Shown here piece after piece: positions 47,845 through 51,425 of a stretch of DNA of 51,425 nt; positions within the stretch are counted from its first letter, which is position 1, and every line of letters starts with the position of its first letter. Made by a program: the position numbers and the translations under genes. The notes below the pieces were generated by a model. The model had not been told where the DNA came from. It did not search any database and was given only the letters and a program-made list of their open reading frames with translations. Source of the DNA: Folioceros fuciformis (taxonomy: Eukaryota). The DNA is taken from NCBI GenBank assembly GCA_049999805.1, contig JBNGIO010006073.1, positions 126,273-177,697 on the forward strand, read 5' to 3'.

Positions 47845-49767
47845 CACCAATGCCGAGCAGCACAAGTGATGCGCAAAAAAACGTACAGCCTGCAGGAGAA
47901 TTCCGTGAAGTTCGGAAGCGGGGGTGCCGGAAGCCGAGAAGGGGGGAGCAGTGCGCGAGAGCATGAAAGGTATGGTGAGTGGGCAGACAAAACGGGCCGC
48001 ACACTGATATAGTGTGCAGTGGAACGTCGTGGACAGGACCCCGGGACTCCCAACTGCCAAGGCGGAGTAAACTCCGAGGCCCAAGCAGGTGAAATGTTCC
48101 GGGGAGCGGACCCATGTCAGAGGGTGAGGCCAATCCAGTGACCAACTTGGCATTATGTTTGGAGTAAATGAACATGGCGGTAGAGCCAGACGCTGCGTCT
48201 GCAATCATGATGTCGGGCCTGCGGGTATTCATCGGAGTTCCGACCTCTGGCTCTGGATAAGCCCAGCCGAGTTTGCTCAGACGGCACAAGAGATGCCATG
48301 CCAGGCTTCAGGGGCCTGCGCGCCAAAATGCCTGACACCAAGCGAAGTAGGGTCCTGGAGCGGGAGACACGCATTTCGGACGGCCCGTTGCGTCATCGGG
48401 CTGCCTGCCATGTGCGGACTCGGAAGTTGAAGGAGGCGACAAAGCATGCCCATTTGTTTTTGCTGTTGGGTGGGAACAAGGGAGGACAGCAAGTGAGGTG
48501 AAGCATGTGCGAGCAGGAGGTTGGTCTAAGCTGCTTCATCAGGCCATCAAGATGCCCAGAACCTCGCAGTACTTGCACATGGCACGGCGCTCTCCCGTCC
48601 CCTTCACCGAGTGTATGGGACTAGGGCCCTAGTCGGCCGGCCTCATTTCCCCCCATTGTTTTACCTCTCTGCTCTCCACTACCTTTATGCTAATAAGCAT
48701 ATTGAAACACAAAACTCACCACCCTTGGCTCCACCGCTTTACCCACATTTTGGGAATTCTTTCATTTTGTGTTCATTTATATTTCTCACCTTTTTCTATC
48801 CTTTCAAAACGAGTATCATATCGTCCACCAGCTACATATAAACAACCCCTAAATCAAAAAGGAATAAAAAAAATCCCTTTTTCAAAATCAATTCTCTCAA
48901 AATATATATTATACTTAATATTGACTTACATAGGAGAAAGGACGTAAATGAAGACTTTAGTAAAAGACAAGATGGAACAATCTATCTATCACAGAAAGAC
49001 GTTAACAAAATAGTTACAATTTATGCTTAAGTTTTTCCTTTCTAGTTTTCGTTTTTGTAGTTAGATCATTTTTTGTGAAGGGCTGAAGAAGGAATAAGTA
49101 CATAATAAAACTTCTAGCTTCATGTTAGTATCATTGACATCTCAAGTTTCATGAAATAAATATTTTTAATCATGATATATATTAATAAAATGATTTAGGG
49201 TTTAGCAATGTTCCATAAGATTGAAAGAGAAGAAGGGGATGTTGAAATTGTAACAGACAGTCACTTGTTTGCTACAAGTGTATAGCTGCTACATAAGAGA
49301 AGCCAACCCATCAAAGGACCTCTTAGGAAGGGTGCGCAAGACAATTTGAGGGGCAATTCTTAACAAGAGAGTTGCACACAAGAAATGAGATCCCTACAAT
49401 TTTTAGTTTCAAGATTATTTATGGCCTCTTATAGAAGCAAGTGTTAGAAAGCATAGAAACTTTTGTAATGCTTTGCATTATCTAAAGACTACCTAATAGA
49501 AGCTAGGAATGGGCAATCCATACGAAGCTCATGCGTGAACAAGGTCTCTGTCATGACTCAGAAAGTCTAGTAGAACAACACATCTGTGTGAACTTGTTGT
49601 GCAGGACAATATCTAGCTAGTTAACAGACTCAAGAAAACGAGCACGCGGAGAGGATGACGGCAAAGTGTTTCAATTAGCATGATCAATACATGAAAAGTT
49701 ATCACAAAAGAGTGGTGAGTAGACATAGTTATTTTGGTAGTTAACTTTGCGTGCAGTTTTTAGCAGT

Positions 49768-49867
49768 NNNNNNNNNNNNNNNNNNNNNNNNNNNNNNNNN
49801 NNNNNNNNNNNNNNNNNNNNNNNNNNNNNNNNNNNNNNNNNNNNNNNNNNNNNNNNNNNNNNNNNNN
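49768..49867. other. Assembly gap (100 N)
   Basis: Run of n characters. Confidence 0.99.
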
Positions 49868-51012
49868 ACATTGTTTAGCTAGGCAGTTGACAACGAAATG
49901 TTGCTAGGATATAAGAGTCTAAAAAGAATGTACGAGCATTCTTTTGATAGTTTGCTAATAAACTTGAGATCAACGAATAATCAAAGGATTCTTCTTGATA
50001 AAAGAACGATGATCGCGAAGTTAGCAGTGAACTAAACAATTGAATCAAGCTTTGAGTGTTGTGACCTTGCACTTTAACGTTTCTCTAGGCATAAGAAAGT
50101 TGCAATGTTGTGACACCAAAACATCGTCGAATTGACATCGAGAAACTTGTCAAGTGATGAACTGAGAGGTTAAGAGGTATAATATTCCGCTCACATCGAG
50201 ACATAGAGGGAGCAGAGAAGCTGCTCCTTTCGCCGATCTCATGTGAAGTGAAGTGAGCCACCAAAGAGTGGAATGATGACCAGTAGCGTTGGTGTGCACG
50301 ATGGGAAGGAGGCACATAAGGGGAGGCATCTAATGTGCATTGTTGTAAGAATATATGCGTATATTAACGTAGGGGCTGGCCACCCGATATAAGTCTATGT
50401 TAAGTATATACATATAAAGAATAACATGACTAAATAGTCTTAGGATATAAGATCTAGACACTGAAAGATCAGATTTTCTATGGCACGATATCTTCATTGA
50501 AGTAGAGACTACTCTTGGTCTCTAGCCTTTCTGAGAGAAAAAATGATTCATGTTTTGACAAATTAGTACGGAAAATAAAATAAAACATTATCACTAAAAT
50601 TTTGAAAAACACATGGGATACAGAATAAATAGCGAAAATAATGTGTGCATAAATATGTGGTCACACATAAAGAGAAATAGAGTGTTTAGATCAAAGTCTC
50701 GTTTGTAAGAAATTAGAAGATCAAAAGGTTATAATTATTCTTTGCCAAAATTATAGTGTATTCTAATGGGACGGTTTTGTGAGCATATCTTCATCAAATT
50801 CCCAAGGTTATGCGCCCACAAGGAGGGGATCAATATTAAGATTGGGATCCTTTTGAAGTGCAGTTTTGAGCTCAAAACACATGTAGGTCATTAGGCTAAA
50901 AAAAGACGCCCAAAACATGGAATATCCGAGGTACTATGCTAAAAAAAATGCCCAAAACCCCAAATGTTCGGGGCATTAGGCTAAAAAAAATGTGCAAGGT
51001 TTGGCTATCCAA

Positions 51013-51190
51013 ACACTTAAACCCAGACTCAAACATTTGAGTCTTTGGGCCCAAAAATATCTTGAATGTTCGAGATTATCCAAAGGTCTCAGGGCTCAAT
51101 GACACTTAAACCCAGACTCAAACATTTGAGTCTTTGGGCCCAAAAATATCTTGAATGTTCGAGATTATCCAAAGGTCTCAGGGCTCAATG
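51013..51190. repeat. Exact 89-bp tandem duplication with internal hairpin
   Basis: acacttaaacccagactcaaacatttgagtctttggg...ctcaatg starts at 51013 and at 51102. It contains the inverted repeat agactcaaa/tttgagtct. Confidence 0.9.
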
Positions 51191-51425
51191 GCGCAAAAGC
51201 CCGAGTCATCTAGAGTCTAAGGGTGTAAAAAAAATGTGAGTAATTAGATATTAAGTTTTAATACTTGCTCGTTGGATTTAAGAGAATTCTTGATGATTAG
51301 CAAAGGTGGAGGGGTAATGATTGTTTGGGAATGTTCACTATTGCTAAATTCTTTCGCTGAGAAATCCATCAGCTAGTTGACAATGAGATCCTTGTCAGAC
51401 CTAAAAATACTTATCGGAGCTTTAC

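Overview
Eukaryotic nuclear DNA from a land plant with a compact genome and short introns (mostly 70-300 nt). A non-seed plant such as a hornwort is plausible given the short introns, mixed GC content and long PLS-class PPR gene, but this is inference only. Nine apparently intact genes can be reconstructed by hand: eIF2A (+), leishmanolysin-like M8 metallopeptidase (+), STP hexose transporter (-), organellar AAA+ ATPase (-), [2Fe-2S] ferredoxin (+), two pectate lyases (-), GH51 alpha-L-arabinofuranosidase (+) and a PLS-E/E+ PPR RNA-editing-type factor (-). The window also holds a truncated F-box gene, a decayed PPR pseudogene, two probable LINE zf-RVT relics, several AT-rich tandem-repeat islands and a 100-N gap. 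The most notable observations are: (i) a pectate lyase with an unusual acidic propeptide / RRLL / poly-Lys / Pro-rich N-terminal extension; (ii) a clear U12-type intron in eIF2A flanked by U12-like, possibly converting, introns; (iii) a candidate unannotated small-protein gene near 33 kb; (iv) a pectin-degradation plus sugar-uptake gene neighbourhood; (v) a divergent ferredoxin sharing a ~200 bp head-to-head promoter with the AAA ATPase. Exon boundaries were read by eye and no searches were run.
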